The notes beneath the pieces are model-generated. The model had not been told where the DNA came from. It was given only the letters and a program-made list of their open reading frames with translations, and did not search any database. DNA of 64,000 nt from positions 1,312,001-1,376,000 of the forward strand of contig OY970296.1 of the NCBI GenBank assembly GCA_963716175.1, in the 5' to 3' direction. The first letter of the stretch is position 1, and each line of letters begins with the position of its first letter. Of the stretch, positions 40,386 through 50,532 are shown piece by piece. The translations under genes were made by a program, and so were the position numbers. This DNA comes from an uncultured Armatimonadetes bacterium. Its GTDB lineage: Bacteria; Armatimonadota; Hebobacteria; Hebobacterales; Hebobacteraceae.

Positions 40386-40516
40386 TGAGGGGCTGGCGCG
40401 GCAAGCGATGGGAGCACAGGGCGCGGGGTGAGGCGGACAGCAGTTCCTATGATCTCCCAACGGGGTTGACGGCGACAGGCGGCCTGGGGGATGGGGGCTA
40501 GGGAGGCGAGAGGCCG

Positions 40517-41155
40517 ATGCAATCCATCGAACAGTCTGGGCGCAATGTTGAAGAGGCGGTGCAGAGCGCGCTGAAGGCGCTGGCGGTGACGCGCGACCAG
40601 GTGGAGGTAGAGGTGCTGGCCGAGCAGAGCCGGGGGCTGCTGGGGATCCTGGGCCACACCGAAGCCAAGGTGCGGGTGACGGTGAAGGCGGGGGTGGCGC
40701 AGCGGGCGGTGCAGGTGCTGCAAGAGATCCTGGGGCACATGGGTATCGAGGCCACCCCGGAGATCACCGCGGATGACGCGGAGGCGGCCTGGATCAACCT
40801 GCGCGGGGGCGATGACCTGGGGCTGCTGATCGGAAAGCGAGGGCAGACGCTGGCCGCGCTGCAGTTGATCACGGCCATGATGGCCAACCGCGAGCAGCCT
40901 CCAGAGAACCGGAAGAAGGTGATTCTCGACGCGCAGGGCTACCGGGAGCGGCGAGAGCGGGCGCTGGAGTCCATGGCTCGCAACGCGGCCGACCGGGCGA
41001 AGCGAAGCGGCCGGGAAGTGAGGCTGGAGGCGCTCGCCCCGCGGGAGCGCCGGATCGTGCACCTCACGCTCGCCGAGGACCCGGGGGTGAGCACCCGGAG
41101 CGAAGGCGAGGACCCGGAGCGGGTGGTGATCGTCTCCCCCCGGCATACCCGGTAG
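40517..41155 (+). CDS. jag: Jag/KhpB/EloR RNA-binding protein
   Basis: Jag_N domain, KH motif LIGKRGQTL, R3H motif ERRIVH. Confidence 0.95.
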   Translation: MQSIEQSGRNVEEAVQSALKALAVTRDQVEVEVLAEQSRGLLGILGHTEAKVRVTVKAGVAQRAVQVLQEILGHMGIEATPEITADDAEAAWINLRGGDDLGLLIGKRGQTLAALQLITAMMANREQPPENRKKVILDAQGYRERRERALESMARNAADRAKRSGREVRLEALAPRERRIVHLTLAEDPGVSTRSEGEDPERVVIVSPRHTR

Positions 41156-41174
41156 CGCGGGCCGCATCCAGCCC

Positions 41175-42428
41175 ATGGACGACCCCGTCGGCGAGGCCGA
41201 GCGATGGCGGCGGGCGCTGGTCGAGGGGGCCGGGGAGCTGGGCCTGTCCGTGTCTGAGGCGGAGGGCGCGGCCTATCGCAGACACTTCGAGCTGCTCCTG
41301 CTGCACAACCCGCGCGCCGGCCTCACCACCATCACCGACCCGGTGGAGATTGCGGTCAAGCATTTCCTGGACTCCCTCACCGGACTGCTGGTGCGCGAGA
41401 TCGCGGCTGGCGCGCGAGTGGCGGAGGTGGGATTGGGGGGTGGCTTCCCGGGGGTGGTGCTGGCGGTGGCCCGGCCCGCGGCCTGCTACACCCTGATCGA
41501 GGCGAATCGCAAGCGGGCGGCCTTCCTGTCGGATCTGATCCAGACGCTCGGCCTGCCCCAGGTGTCGGTGATCGCGGCGCGGGCCGAGGAAGTGGGCCAG
41601 CGTCCGGAGCACCGGGAGAGCTATGACCTGGTGGTGAGCCGGGCGGTGGCGCCGCTCCCGGTGCTGCTCGAGTACCGCCTCCCCCTGGCGCGGGTCGGGG
41701 GAGAGGCGCTGGCCTACAAGGGCCGCGAGGTGGAGGCGGAGATCGGCGAGAGCGCGGCGGCGCTCGCGAAGCTGGGCGGCCGGATCGCGCGGCTGCGGCG
41801 GCTGTCGCTGCCCCAGGACATGGGGGAACGGGTGCTGGTATTAGTCGAGAAGTTGGCCTCCACGCCGGCCGCCTATCCGAGGCGGCCGGGCGCGGCGAGG
41901 AGGCGGCCGCTGGGCGGAAGGGAGAGGAGGCAGCCAGGCGGCCGAGGAAGCGAGGGCGCAAATGGTGACAGGGCAGGAGGCAAGCGGCTAGGTCTTGCGG
42001 ACCGCCGCCCCGGCCCGCGGAGCAGGCCTAGGGGCTCTTGCCCAGCGATCAGTGGGAGGCAATGTGATGCCAATCGAGCTGTGGGTGACGCATGCGCTGG
42101 AGAAGCTTTTCCCGGAGAGCAGGAAGCCGGAGGGGGCGGCGGAGGAGATCGTCCTCAAGGCCGGCCGCAACGAGACCGAAGACGCGCAGATCGCGCTGCA
42201 CATTCCGAGGGGAGTCGAGATCGCGGAGGCCGGCTTCAGCCTCCCGGATCTGACCGGGCCCAAGGGCCGGGCGATCCCGAAGCAGCAGCTCTCGGCCTCC
42301 TGGGTCTGGTATACCTATGTGCTCAACAACCCGCCCGCGAACAAGGAGCCATCGAGCTATCTGCGGAAGGCGCCGGCCTTCTTCCCGGACGCGTTTCTGG
42401 AAGAGAAGACCATCTTCATCCGGGATGA
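41175..42428 (+). CDS. rsmG: 16S rRNA m7G527 methyltransferase; homology ends at ~41915 and the ORF runs on
   Basis: KHFLDSL, GGGFPG, ARAEE, SRAVA, YPRRPG; the tail overlaps the next gene and is probably an indel artefact. Confidence 0.85.
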   Translation: MDDPVGEAERWRRALVEGAGELGLSVSEAEGAAYRRHFELLLLHNPRAGLTTITDPVEIAVKHFLDSLTGLLVREIAAGARVAEVGLGGGFPGVVLAVARPAACYTLIEANRKRAAFLSDLIQTLGLPQVSVIAARAEEVGQRPEHRESYDLVVSRAVAPLPVLLEYRLPLARVGGEALAYKGREVEAEIGESAAALAKLGGRIARLRRLSLPQDMGERVLVLVEKLASTPAAYPRRPGAARRRPLGGRERRQPGGRGSEGANGDRAGGKRLGLADRRPGPRSRPRGSCPAISGRQCDANRAVGDACAGEAFPGEQEAGGGGGGDRPQGRPQRDRRRADRAAHSEGSRDRGGRLQPPGSDRAQGPGDPEAAALGLLGLVYLCAQQPAREQGAIELSAEGAGLLPGRVSGREDHLHPG

Positions 42429-43775
42429 CTGGACGCAGCCGCTGTGGGTGTCGGTGACTGTTCCCAAGGGCACGCCGGCCGGGGAGTACAGAGGCACGCT
42501 CGGGCTCGACCTCAGGGAGCGCGGCGGCGAGAAGCATCACTTCGAGGTGCCGATCACCATCACGGCGCGGCCCTACGCGCTCCCGGACGAGTTCCATCTC
42601 CACCACACCGAGTGGTTCTGGCCCCAGGCGGTGGCCAGGTACTACCATCTGGAGCCGTGGTCGGAGCCGCTCTGGGCCTGGATCGAGAAGGCGGCGGCGG
42701 ACCTGGCGCGCCATCACGACGACATGATCCTGACGCCGCTCTATGAGCTGGTGGAGATGAAGAAGACGCAGTCCGGGTTCCAGTTCGATTTCTCCAGGCT
42801 CGATCGCTGGGTGCGGACGTTCAAGAAGGCCGGGGTGGACTGGATCGAGGGCGCGGCATCTCGCTGGCCGCGGCGCGGGCTGGGAGAGCGATTTCGTGTG
42901 GCGGCGGATGCGAGCGCTGGGCAGCAGCGGGAAAGCGGTTGATACCTCCAGGGGCAAGCTATCGGAGGAGCAGTTCGAGCCCTATCTGGAGGCTTTCCTC
43001 AAGGCCGTGCACGCCCATCTCCAAGCAGCGGGGCTGGGCGAACCGGTACGTGCAGCACATCGCGGATGAGCCGATCGCGGCGAATGAAGAGAGCTGGTGC
43101 CATCGCGCGAGAAAGGTGCGGGGATGGCTGCCGGGGGTGAAGACGATTGACGCGGTGGAGACCGATGGCCTCGTAGGGCTGGTGGATTGGCGGGTGCCGC
43201 AGATCCAGGAGATCACGTCGGAGCGAAAGCGCAACCCGGGCGAGGACCTGTGGAGCTACACCTGCCTCGTTCCCCAGGGGCAGTATCCGAACCGGTTCCT
43301 CGACTACCCCTCCATCCGGAACCGCATTCTGTTCTGGCTCTGCTGGAGCCTGGACCTGAAGGGCTTCCTGCACTGGGGCTACAACTCGTGGCGGGCCTGG
43401 CAGGGGGTGCCGGTGGCGGTGGACGTCTCGCCCTGGATGGATGCATCGGCCGGCAGCATCTACTGCGCGGACCGGAACCCGCTGCCCGCCGGGGACCCCC
43501 ACATCGTCTATCCCGGCAAGAGCCAGATCTGCTCCAGCATCCGCTGGGAGGATGTGCGCAGGGGGTTCGAGGATTTCGAGTGCCTCTATCTGTTGGAGCA
43601 AGCCGCCGCAGCCGCACCGAGAACCCGGGAGGCACGCGCGGCGAAGGCGCTTCTGCATCGGGTGAGAACAGAGATCGCGGCCACACCGCTGCGCCATACC
43701 CGCGATGCTCGGGAACTGCTGGCGGTGCGGGAGCAGGTGGGGGCGCTGCTGGGCAAGCTGGCGGGCGAAGGGTAA
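42067..43775 (+). CDS. DUF4091-domain putative glycoside hydrolase (frameshifted at ~42850-43020)
   Basis: GRNETE, PDAF, QPLWVSV, ADEP, WSYTC, GFLHWGYN, SIRWE...GFEDFE across two ORFs. Confidence 0.75.
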
Positions 43776-43801
43776 AGGCTGCGGCACGCGGCTGAAGAGC
43801 C

Positions 43802-43878
43802 TGTGGGAGCCTCGTCCGCGAGGCGATTGGTCCGGGCGAGGCCCCACCCCAGTATCGCCCGGAGGACCGGGCTCCCAC
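43802..43878. repeat. Inverted GTGG-type REP pair between convergent genes
   Basis: GTGGGAGCCTCGTCCGCGAGGCGAT ... ATCGCCCGGAGGACCGGGCTCCCAC. Confidence 0.7.
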
Positions 43879-43930
43879 GAACGGGGTCACGGCCCACCAA
43901 ACACGGTCGTATCCACCAGCGTCGGCCCGC

Positions 43931-45367
43931 CTACGGCCCTGCCGCCCGGAACCGCACCCAGCTCACCACCGCGGGGTCGGTGAGGCGGTCGCGGATGCTG
44001 CCGTAGCAGGTTACGAAGAGATCTTTCCCGGCCTGGCTGCGGGCGGGTAGGGGCAGCCCTGTGATCACCACCTTCCCTGGCGGGCCCGCCTCCACCCCGG
44101 CCTGCAGCGCCTGCGCACCGGTGGCGGCCTCCAGTCGGACGGCCTCTGTCTCCCCGCGGGAGTGCAAGTACACAGTGGTGATGACTGGCAACTGGTGCTC
44201 ATCCCAGGTGCGCAGGTCGAGGCAGAGGTAGCCGCGCTCGGGGATGCGCTTGGGGGCGGTGGTGAGTTCGGCCCGCGCCATCCCGTTGTCCGCGACCTGC
44301 AAGCGCAGCTCCTTCACTTCGGCGCCTCCCAGGCCGCGCCGCGCGGGATTCCGGTCTCGCCACTCCACGCGGGTGTGAGGAGCCAGCGTCCGGGGCGGCA
44401 GCAGCTCGAAGATCTCATCCTGGCGGGGGAAGGACAGCAGCAGGCGGTCGAAGCGAGGTGTCTGCGAGCGGTAGCTCTTCACGTCGGCCAGCTTCTGCTT
44501 GGCTTCTTCCGGGGTGAGGGGCAAGCGGTACCACTGGGCCTCGGGCCCGGACAGCTCTGGCGGCGGGAGCAGTGCCAGCTTGACGCCGCTGCGCATGGGC
44601 GCGGGATAGCGGGGCCAGTGGATGAGGTAGCCCCAGAGCTGAGCGGCCTCGGCCCAGTCCGCGCCTCTTACCGCGGCGGTGGCGAGCGCGTATCCGACGA
44701 AGCAAGCGGTCGCCCAGTGATCCGGGTGGATGTCCCGGGGGTGGGTGACGTAGATGCGGGTGGGGCGCAGCTGGTGGAGGATGGCGCTGAGATCGGAGAG
44801 CACCTGTTGGCCGCAGTAGGGGGCCTGCGGGGTGAAGGTCCGCGCGTAGGGAGAGAAGCTGACACGGGTGTAGGGCGACTGGTAGAGGTCGGAGTAGCGC
44901 CAGTGCTCTGGCCGCCAGAGGGCCACCAGGCCGTTGTTGGGGAAGCCCAGGAAGTGAACGTGGTGGGGGCTGACCCCCAGCGCGGCCAGGGCGCGCAGGC
45001 TCTCCTCCTGGCGCGTGCGGCCCAGGCTAATCATGTTGGCGGGCTTCCAGGGCAGCTCTCGTTCGCCGAGCACGACCGCCAGCTCGGAGGCGTCGCCATT
45101 GGTCATGAGCACTACGTAGACCTGGGCGCCGTTGGCGACCGCTTGCTGGATCAGGCCGCCACAGCCCAGCACCTCGTCATCGGGGTGAGGGGCGACGATC
45201 AAGATGCGGTCGTCTCTTCCGGGCGCGGGCATCTCGTCCACGAAGCCGGCCGCGCGCAGGGTGTGCTTCCACGCCAGGGAGCTCACCAGCCAGGAGCGGA
45301 AGCTGACGGCCGCAGCCGCGGCCACGATCAGGGCGATGATGATCCGGAGGCGGCGCCACCTACGCAT
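43931..45367 (-). CDS. PIG-L/LmbE family deacetylase
   Basis: APHPDDE, TNGD, RQEES, DIHPDH. Confidence 0.9.
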   Translation of the reverse strand: MRRWRRLRIIIALIVAAAAAVSFRSWLVSSLAWKHTLRAAGFVDEMPAPGRDDRILIVAPHPDDEVLGCGGLIQQAVANGAQVYVVLMTNGDASELAVVLGERELPWKPANMISLGRTRQEESLRALAALGVSPHHVHFLGFPNNGLVALWRPEHWRYSDLYQSPYTRVSFSPYARTFTPQAPYCGQQVLSDLSAILHQLRPTRIYVTHPRDIHPDHWATACFVGYALATAAVRGADWAEAAQLWGYLIHWPRYPAPMRSGVKLALLPPPELSGPEAQWYRLPLTPEEAKQKLADVKSYRSQTPRFDRLLLSFPRQDEIFELLPPRTLAPHTRVEWRDRNPARRGLGGAEVKELRLQVADNGMARAELTTAPKRIPERGYLCLDLRTWDEHQLPVITTVYLHSRGETEAVRLEAATGAQALQAGVEAGPPGKVVITGLPLPARSQAGKDLFVTCYGSIRDRLTDPAVVSWVRFRAAGP

Positions 45368-46011
45368 CTTGAAGTGCTGCCTCGCGGAACTGAAGCGTCA
45401 TGACCTCCCAGGGGCCGCGGCTGTCCTCGAATTGGCCGACCACGCGGAAGCCGATCCGCTGGTAGAGCCGGCGCGCGGGCTGGTTCTCCGGGCGGACTTC
45501 CAGCCGCACGCAGTCATATCCTCGCGCGGAGCCGGGAGAGGGCGAACCGCAGCAGGCCGGCTCCCAGACCGCGGCCCTGCCAGGCCGGGTCCACTGCAAG
45601 CGAGAGGATGCGGGGACAGTCCGCCCCGGGCAGGCGGCCGGCGCGCCAGAAGCTGAGCTTGTCGGCCAGCAGTCGCCGCACCGCGGCCAGGGGGAGGTGA
45701 TAGCGGCCCCACAGCCAACGCCAGAGCCAGACCAGAGGCAGACCGCGCGCCAGGCTGATGCGCCGCAGACGGCCCAGGTCACAGGGCGCGATGACATAGC
45801 CGACGATCCTGCCCTCCGGCCTGGCTTCGGCCAGGCTGATCGAGTCCGGCTCGGCCAGCAGACACGCCCCCGCCAGATCGGCAATCGCCTGCGCCGAGAG
45901 CGCGGGCGCGTGCAATTGCTCCAGGGTGATGCTGAAGGCGCGCAGGTACACCTGGCCTACAGCCGGCAGGTCCTGCTTGGCGGCTATGCGGTAGGTTACG
46001 TTAGAGCGCAT
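45360..46011 (-). CDS. GNAT acetyltransferase (frameshift at ~45530)
   Basis: LAVDPAWQGRGLG then LEVRPENQPARRLYQRIGF in a second frame; likely ATG lies in the end of the repeat element. Confidence 0.8.
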
Positions 46012-46132
46012 TTCATAACCTACCGGCTGGCTGGCCGCACCACGCCCTCGCATGAAATGCGCCTGCCACGGCCTGACGTTGTGCAGTGCTGTTTCATAAC
46101 CTCCCCTGGGAAGGGTATGAAACAGCTTCTAA
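46001..46132. mobile_element. MITE-like double-hairpin element, family 2, copy 2
   Basis: TTAG...CTAA bounded near-identical copy of 29898-30029. Confidence 0.8.
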
Positions 46133-46232
46133 GGAGCGTCGCCGAATGAAGTAACACGGCGAAGCTCAAGAGGCGGCCCACACAGGCACAGGGCGATGTC
46201 CGCACATTACTTCGTTGTGCGAACATCATTAG
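46131..46232. mobile_element. Double-hairpin miniature element, family 1, copy 2 (inverted)
   Basis: Minus strand begins CTAATGA like copy 1; hairpins at 46134-46167 and 46195-46227 with loops GAAGTAA and TTACTTC. Confidence 0.7.
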
Positions 46233-46267
46233 TCATCGCATGGCGATGGCAGGCCGACGCGAACGCG

Positions 46268-47446
46268 TCAGGAGGCGCCCACCTGGCGCACCTTGACGAA
46301 CTCGCCGGTCTCGGCAGACTCCTTGGCAGCCAGGCAGGCATAGATGCTCTGAAGGCCGGCCCAGATCGGAGTGCGGGAGGCGGCCTTGCCCTGGATCAGG
46401 TCTATGAAGTTGTAGGCCAGCACCAGGTTGCCGCCGAAGTGGCTGAGCCCTTCTCCCCCGACGACTCTTTCGCTGAAGGGCGCGTGGTGGCGCACTCGCT
46501 TCAGGTCGTTGGTGTACCAGTCGAAGCCGACGGTGCCATGATAGCCGCTGATGGTGGCTCCCCGGGCGCCGGCGTCGCGGCGGGTGTAGAAGACCTGAGT
46601 GTAGGCCCCATGAGCGCCGGAGGCGAACTCGACCAGGGCGCTGGAGGAATCCTCGTTCATCCCGGTCCCCGGTGAGCCGATGTCTACGCCGAAGAGGCAC
46701 GGGTGGTCGCGCCGGGTGCCGCCGGAGAGGTTTCGCCTGCGATTCTCCGGGCTCTCCAGGCAGGTGTCGGCCTCATCGCACTGCGAGCAGACCAGGCCCA
46801 CCGGCTTGCTGCCTCCGAAGATGCGGCCATAGCAGGCCATCGCCCCCACGCGCACGATGTTCGCCCCCATCAGGTACATCATATAGTCGAAATCATGGGT
46901 CGCCTTCTGGATGAACAGGCCCTGCGTGATCTCGAACTGGCGATATTGGCCATCGAAGTAGCCGGTGCCATAAGGCACGTAGTTCACGGCCGTGATGTGC
47001 TCCGGGTTGCCCACCGCGCCGTCGGCGAGGTACTGGTGCGCCAGTTCGCAGAGTGGGGAGACGCGCAGAGGGAAGCTCACCACCACCTGGCACTTCGACT
47101 TCTCGAAGCCCCGCTCGAGCTGGCGCGCCTGCTCCATGGTGTTGGAGACCGGCTTCTCCAGGAAGAGGGGAAGATCATACTTGGCGGCCTGGATAGCATA
47201 CGGGGTGTGCAGATGGCAGCGGGTGCCGACGGCCAGGGCATCGAGCTTCGCCTTCTGCACCATCTCGTCCAGGCTCGGGTAGAAGGTGACGCCCTCCCGA
47301 TCGCATTCGTCCAGCCGGGAGCGAGCGCGACCCTCGTCGGGGTCAACGATCCCCACCACCCGCAGCTCGGGCGCCACCTCCCGCATGGGGTCGTTGATCA
47401 TGTTGCTGATACGCGAACCGAATCCTACTACACCCAACCTGATCAT
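46268..47446 (-). CDS. Gfo/Idh/MocA oxidoreductase
   Basis: LGVVGFG, LEKP, KATHDFD, HFGG. Confidence 0.92.
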   Translation of the reverse strand: MIRLGVVGFGSRISNMINDPMREVAPELRVVGIVDPDEGRARSRLDECDREGVTFYPSLDEMVQKAKLDALAVGTRCHLHTPYAIQAAKYDLPLFLEKPVSNTMEQARQLERGFEKSKCQVVVSFPLRVSPLCELAHQYLADGAVGNPEHITAVNYVPYGTGYFDGQYRQFEITQGLFIQKATHDFDYMMYLMGANIVRVGAMACYGRIFGGSKPVGLVCSQCDEADTCLESPENRRRNLSGGTRRDHPCLFGVDIGSPGTGMNEDSSSALVEFASGAHGAYTQVFYTRRDAGARGATISGYHGTVGFDWYTNDLKRVRHHAPFSERVVGGEGLSHFGGNLVLAYNFIDLIQGKAASRTPIWAGLQSIYACLAAKESAETGEFVKVRQVGAS

Positions 47447-47540
47447 GTGTCCCTTCCTGACAGCTACTGCCTATTCCATTAGCCGCGCCGAAGCGCGGTT
47501 CCTGTTGGGGGGGCATGAGAGCGACCGCGGAGCGAAGCAA

Positions 47541-47583
47541 GTGAGCCGCGAGGGCTTCGAACCCCCGGCCTCGGGATTAAGAG
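47541..47583 (-). repeat. Degenerate 3' half of tRNA-Lys, putative att site
   Basis: Reverse complement CTCTTAATCCCGAGGCCGGGGGTTCGAAGCCCTCGCGGCTCAC resembles the 3' half of the tRNA at 52204-52279. Confidence 0.75.
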
Positions 47584-48015
47584 ATCGCCGCCGGAGGCGT
47601 CTCCTCTGCGGATTGGCGATCCACAGAGTCCCCTTGCTCTGCCCTGAGCAGTGCCCTGGAACAGACACACGGGATTCAGCTAGGTTTTTCCTACCTTTTC
47701 TTGAGGTAGGTTCTGCTACTAGATGGTCCGACCTGGACGGTCGCTGGTCCTTGTGTGGCCACTGGAATGATGGGCAGAATCAGGTCGAATCCTATGGTCC
47801 TCCGCTGAGAGTTGCAGCCTGCCCCGAATTGGGCTAGACTGGCAGCATGCAGGGCGGGTCTCGCCTGCCAACCTTGCAGGTGGGTGGCGTTCTGCCGATG
47901 CGTACAGAGGGGCCCGATGGCTGTCTCGGGATCTTGGGACCCCCTGCTCGGCTGGAAGCTGAGCTGGCATAGGCATCAGGTGTCGTCTGAAACCCTGCTG
48001 CGGGAGGCGATAGCG

Positions 48016-49109
48016 GTGCGATTGCACATTCAGGACCCGACGGACGAGCAAGCGCCCTTCCTTCATGAGAAAATACTGGAGCTGTGCCAGGGCGCGACGC
48101 ACGGGGCTGGTGCCTTCGGTTTCGTGACTCGCGAGGGCGTAGACCTCCTGCTGAGGGATGAGGTGTTCAGGAGGTTTGCCAAACGAGGTACATTCAGTCT
48201 AGTTGTCGGGATTGATGGAGTGACGGATCTGCGGGCCCTGGCTTCGCTTCAGGAGGCGAGTGGCGGGCTGCCTGGGCTGACGACTAGGGTGTTCTACCAC
48301 GATCTCCCGCAGCCGGTGTTCCACCCCAAGTTCTGCTGGTTCAGGCACAGGAGAAGGGGGTTCCTTGTCACTGGTTCGGGCAACCTAACCGCCAGGGGAC
48401 TGCGAGCTAACTGGGAAGCGTTCGCCGTCGACGAGCTTGACGTCAAAGAAACCAAGGCACTAGAGATACAGTGGACGCGGTGGGTTGCGCTCCATGGTGC
48501 TCGCTTGAGGCCCTTGGATGATGCGGAGGTGCTCGCCCGGGTTGCCCAGAACGTACGCAGGCCGGCACGTGGGCGTCGTGGACTCGCCGCGAGGAGGAGG
48601 AGTTAGAGGCCGAGGAGGCACCCGTCGTCGGGCCGTCTCCGTCCGGCCGGGTGCTGATCGCGGAGATACCACGTGCGGGAGGACGCTGGAAGCAGGCGAA
48701 CTTCGACCTGCGCACCTTCCGCGGGTTCTTCGGTGTGCGACCTGACACGGTGCGGAGGGTGGTACTGCAACACGTTGACGAGTCCGGCGAGTTGGGGGCA
48801 CTCGAAAGCCGCCAGAGCGTGTCAGTCAGGAGCCAGAACTACCGGTTCGAATTGGCCGCTGCGGCTGGATTGCAGTATCCAGTAGCAGGTCGCCCCATAG
48901 CGGTGTTCGTGGAGATTGCCCCGCGCACTTACAGGTACCGGCTCCTGATGCCCGGTGATCCTCGTTATCGGACGGCAGATGCCCTCTTGCGTCGGGAGTG
49001 GAAAGGCCGGCGCGACCGAATGCGCCGTGTGATCAGCACTACGGACTTGCTGTGGCAAGCTTGGCCAGACTCGCCGCTCTGGCGGATGCCGCTGGAGGTC
49101 GACGATTAG
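48016..49109 (+). CDS. PLD-family (HKD) nuclease, putative restriction endonuclease (frameshift at ~48590)
   Basis: FHPK...TGSGNLT...NWE; GGGAGG RBS; the shifted frame continues EEEELEAEEAP...LIAEIPRAGGRWKQANFD, giving ~364 aa in total. Confidence 0.75.
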
Positions 49110-49110
49110 A

Positions 49111-50532
49111 GTGCAAGGTGTCTTCATGTCCGGACAGGCCGCTTTCGACTTCGGAAACGCGAAGGAAGCCGCGTCGCCAGGGGAGCGGCCGAGGCCGAGG
49201 GTTCGGGGTCCGTTGCGCCCTATCCACTATCTGGGAAGCAAGCTTCGTATTGTCGGTCTAATCCGAGAAGCCGTTGACGCGGTCGATGCTTCCGGCGGTC
49301 CCGTCTGCGATCTCTTCGCTGGTTCGGGCACAGTCTCGCGGGGGCTGTGTGCTTCTCGCGAAGTCGTAGCGGTCGATATCCAGGAGTACTCGAGGGTGCT
49401 CTGTTCGGCCCTACTTAACACCCCTGACATAGCGAAGGACGCGGCGGAGCATCTCGTGAGCAGGGCACTCTCGTCGGATCACGCTCGTCGGCTCTCTCGG
49501 GCAGTCGAGCCGATGGTTAGCTACGAGGAGAGTTGTCTGCATCGAGCTGGTGGCGGCGATGTGGACCCGCTGTGTGAGCTGCTCGAACACGCATCTATCG
49601 TCTCATTCCAGCTGAGCGCGGAGTGTATCAGGAACACGGAGTTGTCCTCGGCCTTGGACGAGACCGTCTCGCGACTGCGGGAGGCCGGCTTGGAGGATAC
49701 ACCGGGCGCAATGACAACGCGGTACTTCGGCGGGGTCTACTTCTCATACTCCCAGGCGTCACACATGGACATGCTACTTGAGGCCGTGGCGGGGGTTCCG
49801 CTTTCCGAAAGAGACGTCTTCTTGGCCGCGGTCCTGAGCACGGCGAGTCAGGCCGTCAACACTGTAGGCAAGCAATTTGCGCAGCCGATCCGTCCGCGGT
49901 ATTCGGATGGCAGGCCAAAGCGGAACCTCGCTGGACGGATCGCTCGCGATCGGGCGATCAGCGTGGCCAAGGCATTTGCGACCTGGGCGGCGCGGTATCT
50001 GGCCCTGGGACCGTCAGGCCGCAACCATCGCGTGATCCGGAGCGACTACGCAGACGCTCTGGACACTTTGGAGGGCCAAGTGAGCGTTGTGTATGCGGAT
50101 CCGCCATACACTCGTGATCACTACAGCAGGTACTACCATGTGCTTGAAACGCTCTGCCTCCGTGACTGCCCGGCGCTCTCAACTGTGCGGGTGCGTGGCG
50201 ATGAGCGGATAAGCAGGGGCATATACCGAGCCGGTCGGTACCAGTCTCCGTTCTGTATCAAGTCGGAAGCTCCACGTGCCTTCTCCACGCTCTTCTCGAA
50301 GGTGCGACGCTTAGGCGTTCCCCTGGTCCTGTCCTACTCCCCGTTTGAGAAGGATAGGGGTGCGAGGCCGCGACTGATGGCCGTCGAGGAGATTGCGGAG
50401 CTAGCGTGCAGCTCATTCAGTTCGATCGAGATCGTTTCCGCCGGAAGGATAGCACATAGCAAGTTGAACCGGTCGGACGTGAACAAGGCCACTTCCCATG
50501 ATGCAGAGAAGCTCCTCATCTGTAGGCCCTAG
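49111..50532 (+). CDS. DNA adenine methyltransferase (D12/FokI-like, alpha order)
   Basis: YLGSK, DLFAGSGTVS, YADPPY, YSRYYHVLET. Confidence 0.9.
   Translation: MQGVFMSGQAAFDFGNAKEAASPGERPRPRVRGPLRPIHYLGSKLRIVGLIREAVDAVDASGGPVCDLFAGSGTVSRGLCASREVVAVDIQEYSRVLCSALLNTPDIAKDAAEHLVSRALSSDHARRLSRAVEPMVSYEESCLHRAGGGDVDPLCELLEHASIVSFQLSAECIRNTELSSALDETVSRLREAGLEDTPGAMTTRYFGGVYFSYSQASHMDMLLEAVAGVPLSERDVFLAAVLSTASQAVNTVGKQFAQPIRPRYSDGRPKRNLAGRIARDRAISVAKAFATWAARYLALGPSGRNHRVIRSDYADALDTLEGQVSVVYADPPYTRDHYSRYYHVLETLCLRDCPALSTVRVRGDERISRGIYRAGRYQSPFCIKSEAPRAFSTLFSKVRRLGVPLVLSYSPFEKDRGARPRLMAVEEIAELACSSFSSIEIVSAGRIAHSKLNRSDVNKATSHDAEKLLICRP

Noticed and set aside
47541-47600. Second tRNA-Lys gene
   Set aside because: Only the anticodon loop to 3' acceptor half is present, with no D arm, 5' acceptor strand or CCA; treated as an att remnant.
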